Below are positions 62,949-64,000 of a DNA stretch of 64,000 bases, piece by piece. Origin of the DNA: Sphaerodactylus townsendi. Its lineage: Eukaryota. The stretch spans positions 10,726,001-10,790,000 of the forward strand of contig NC_059427.1 of assembly GCF_021028975.2 (NCBI RefSeq), written 5' to 3'. The notes under the pieces are model-generated. The model made no database searches and was not told where the DNA came from. It saw only the letters and a list, made by a program, of their open reading frames with translations. Position 1 is the first letter of the stretch, and every line of letters starts with the position of its first letter. Position numbers and translations under genes: made by a program.

Positions 62949-63064
62949 GAAGGGGTTAAACACACTGAGTTCTGTTTCCTAGAGAGCTCTTGCTTTTGCA
63001 ATTGGCCACGGGGTGCAAATTGTCCTCGGGGTGCAAAGCGGGGGGCTGCCAGAAGCAGGTGAGT
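62949..63064 (+). promoter_or_regulatory. Putative promoter and first exon of a further cluster gene beyond the window
   Basis: GAAGGGGTTAAACACACTGAGTTC...CCTAGA, nearly the same as at 44181; donor CAG|GTGAGT at 63059. Confidence 0.5.
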
Positions 63065-63573
63065 TAAACCATGGAGAATGCTAAGAAATAGGGGAGCTGA
63101 AAAAGAGACCCATGGCTGGCGGCAGAAACAGTTCTACAGGCAGCCCAAAGCTTTACTCCCGCTTGCCAATGGAAGGCTCCTAGCTAGGACTCTAAGGGGA
63201 TTCTCGCTGGGGGGCCATCTAGCCCGATATGGGATCCCTAAGGGGACCAATCCACCTGCAGTCTGTGGAATCAAACACCCTCTCGTCTGTATGGTCCCCA
63301 ACTAGGGTTGGGACATTCCAGGATATTTGGAGCTGAAGCCTGAGGAGGGCGGGGGCTGGGGAGAAGAGGGTATTTGGAGGGATACAATGCCAGTGGAGTC
63401 CATCCACCCAAAGGAACTGATCTGTGTAGCTTGGGGATCATTTGTAGTTCTGGGAGAGTGCCGGGCCACAACTGGAGACTGGCAGCCCTACACGCTACCC
63501 TCCAATTCTTCTCCAGTTCCCCGGACTCCTGTGTTTCTTTTTCATGCTGACTCTCCAACCTTTCCTCAAAGGA

Positions 63574-64000
63574 AGAACATAAGAACAAGCCAGCTGGATC
63601 AGACCAGAGTCCATCTAGTCCAGCACTCTGCTACTCGCAGTGGCCCACCAGGTGCCTTTGGGAGCTCACATGCAGGATGTGAAAGCAATGGCCTTCTGCT
63701 GCTGCTGCTGCTCCTGAGCACCTGGTCTGCTAAGGCATTTGCAATCTGAGATCAAAGAGGATCAAGATTGGTAGCCATAGATTGACTTCTCCTCCATAAA
63801 TCTGTCCAAGCCCCTTTTAAAGCTATCCAGGTTAGTGGCCGTCACCACCTCCTGTGGCAGCATCTTCCAGACACCAATCACACATTGCGTGAAGAAGTGT
63901 TTCCTTTTATTAGTCCTAATTCTTCCCCCCAGCATTTTAAGTGTATGCCCCCTGGTTCTAGTATTGTGAGAAAGAGAGAAAAATTTCTCTCTGTCAACAT
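63574..64000 (-). mobile_element. CR1 LINE 3' end, running off the window
   Basis: Reverse complement of 14570-14998. Confidence 0.9.

Overview
This is eukaryotic DNA from a squamate reptile, most likely a gecko (inferred from dense Squam3-type tRNA-CORE SINEs with CTT tails, CR1/L2 LINE ends and Penelope elements). The window is part of a SCAN-C2H2 zinc-finger gene cluster. Four genes can be spliced in frame from canonical GT/AG sites, each with three coding exons: A (+, 1204-5967), B (-, 27494-20766), C (+, 33877-38522) and D (+, 45997-51514). A probable promoter and first exon of a fifth gene lies at about 62.9-63.06 kb. The main finding is a two-exon, uninterrupted PIF/Harbinger transposase-derived gene of about 422 aa (11227-13898). 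It has a host-type CpG promoter and has lost the catalytic Glu, consistent with domestication of the HARBI1/ALP1 kind. A frameshifted Myb/SANT-like gene, the second protein type encoded by Harbingers, lies on the opposite strand at about 62.2-57.5 kb. Other observations: gene A retains a Gypsy Gag capsid N-terminal half that has decayed in B-D; the middle exons are degenerate KRAB-A exons; the paralogues share a promoter motif; a 1-kb foldback insertion has captured part of the gene C SCAN exon; and Penelope-derived minimal hammerhead ribozymes are present. The rest is mostly transposon sequence (hAT, Harbinger and TcMar MITEs with TSDs, solo LTRs, LINE ends). Gene models come from reading the sequence only; no expression data or database searches were available.
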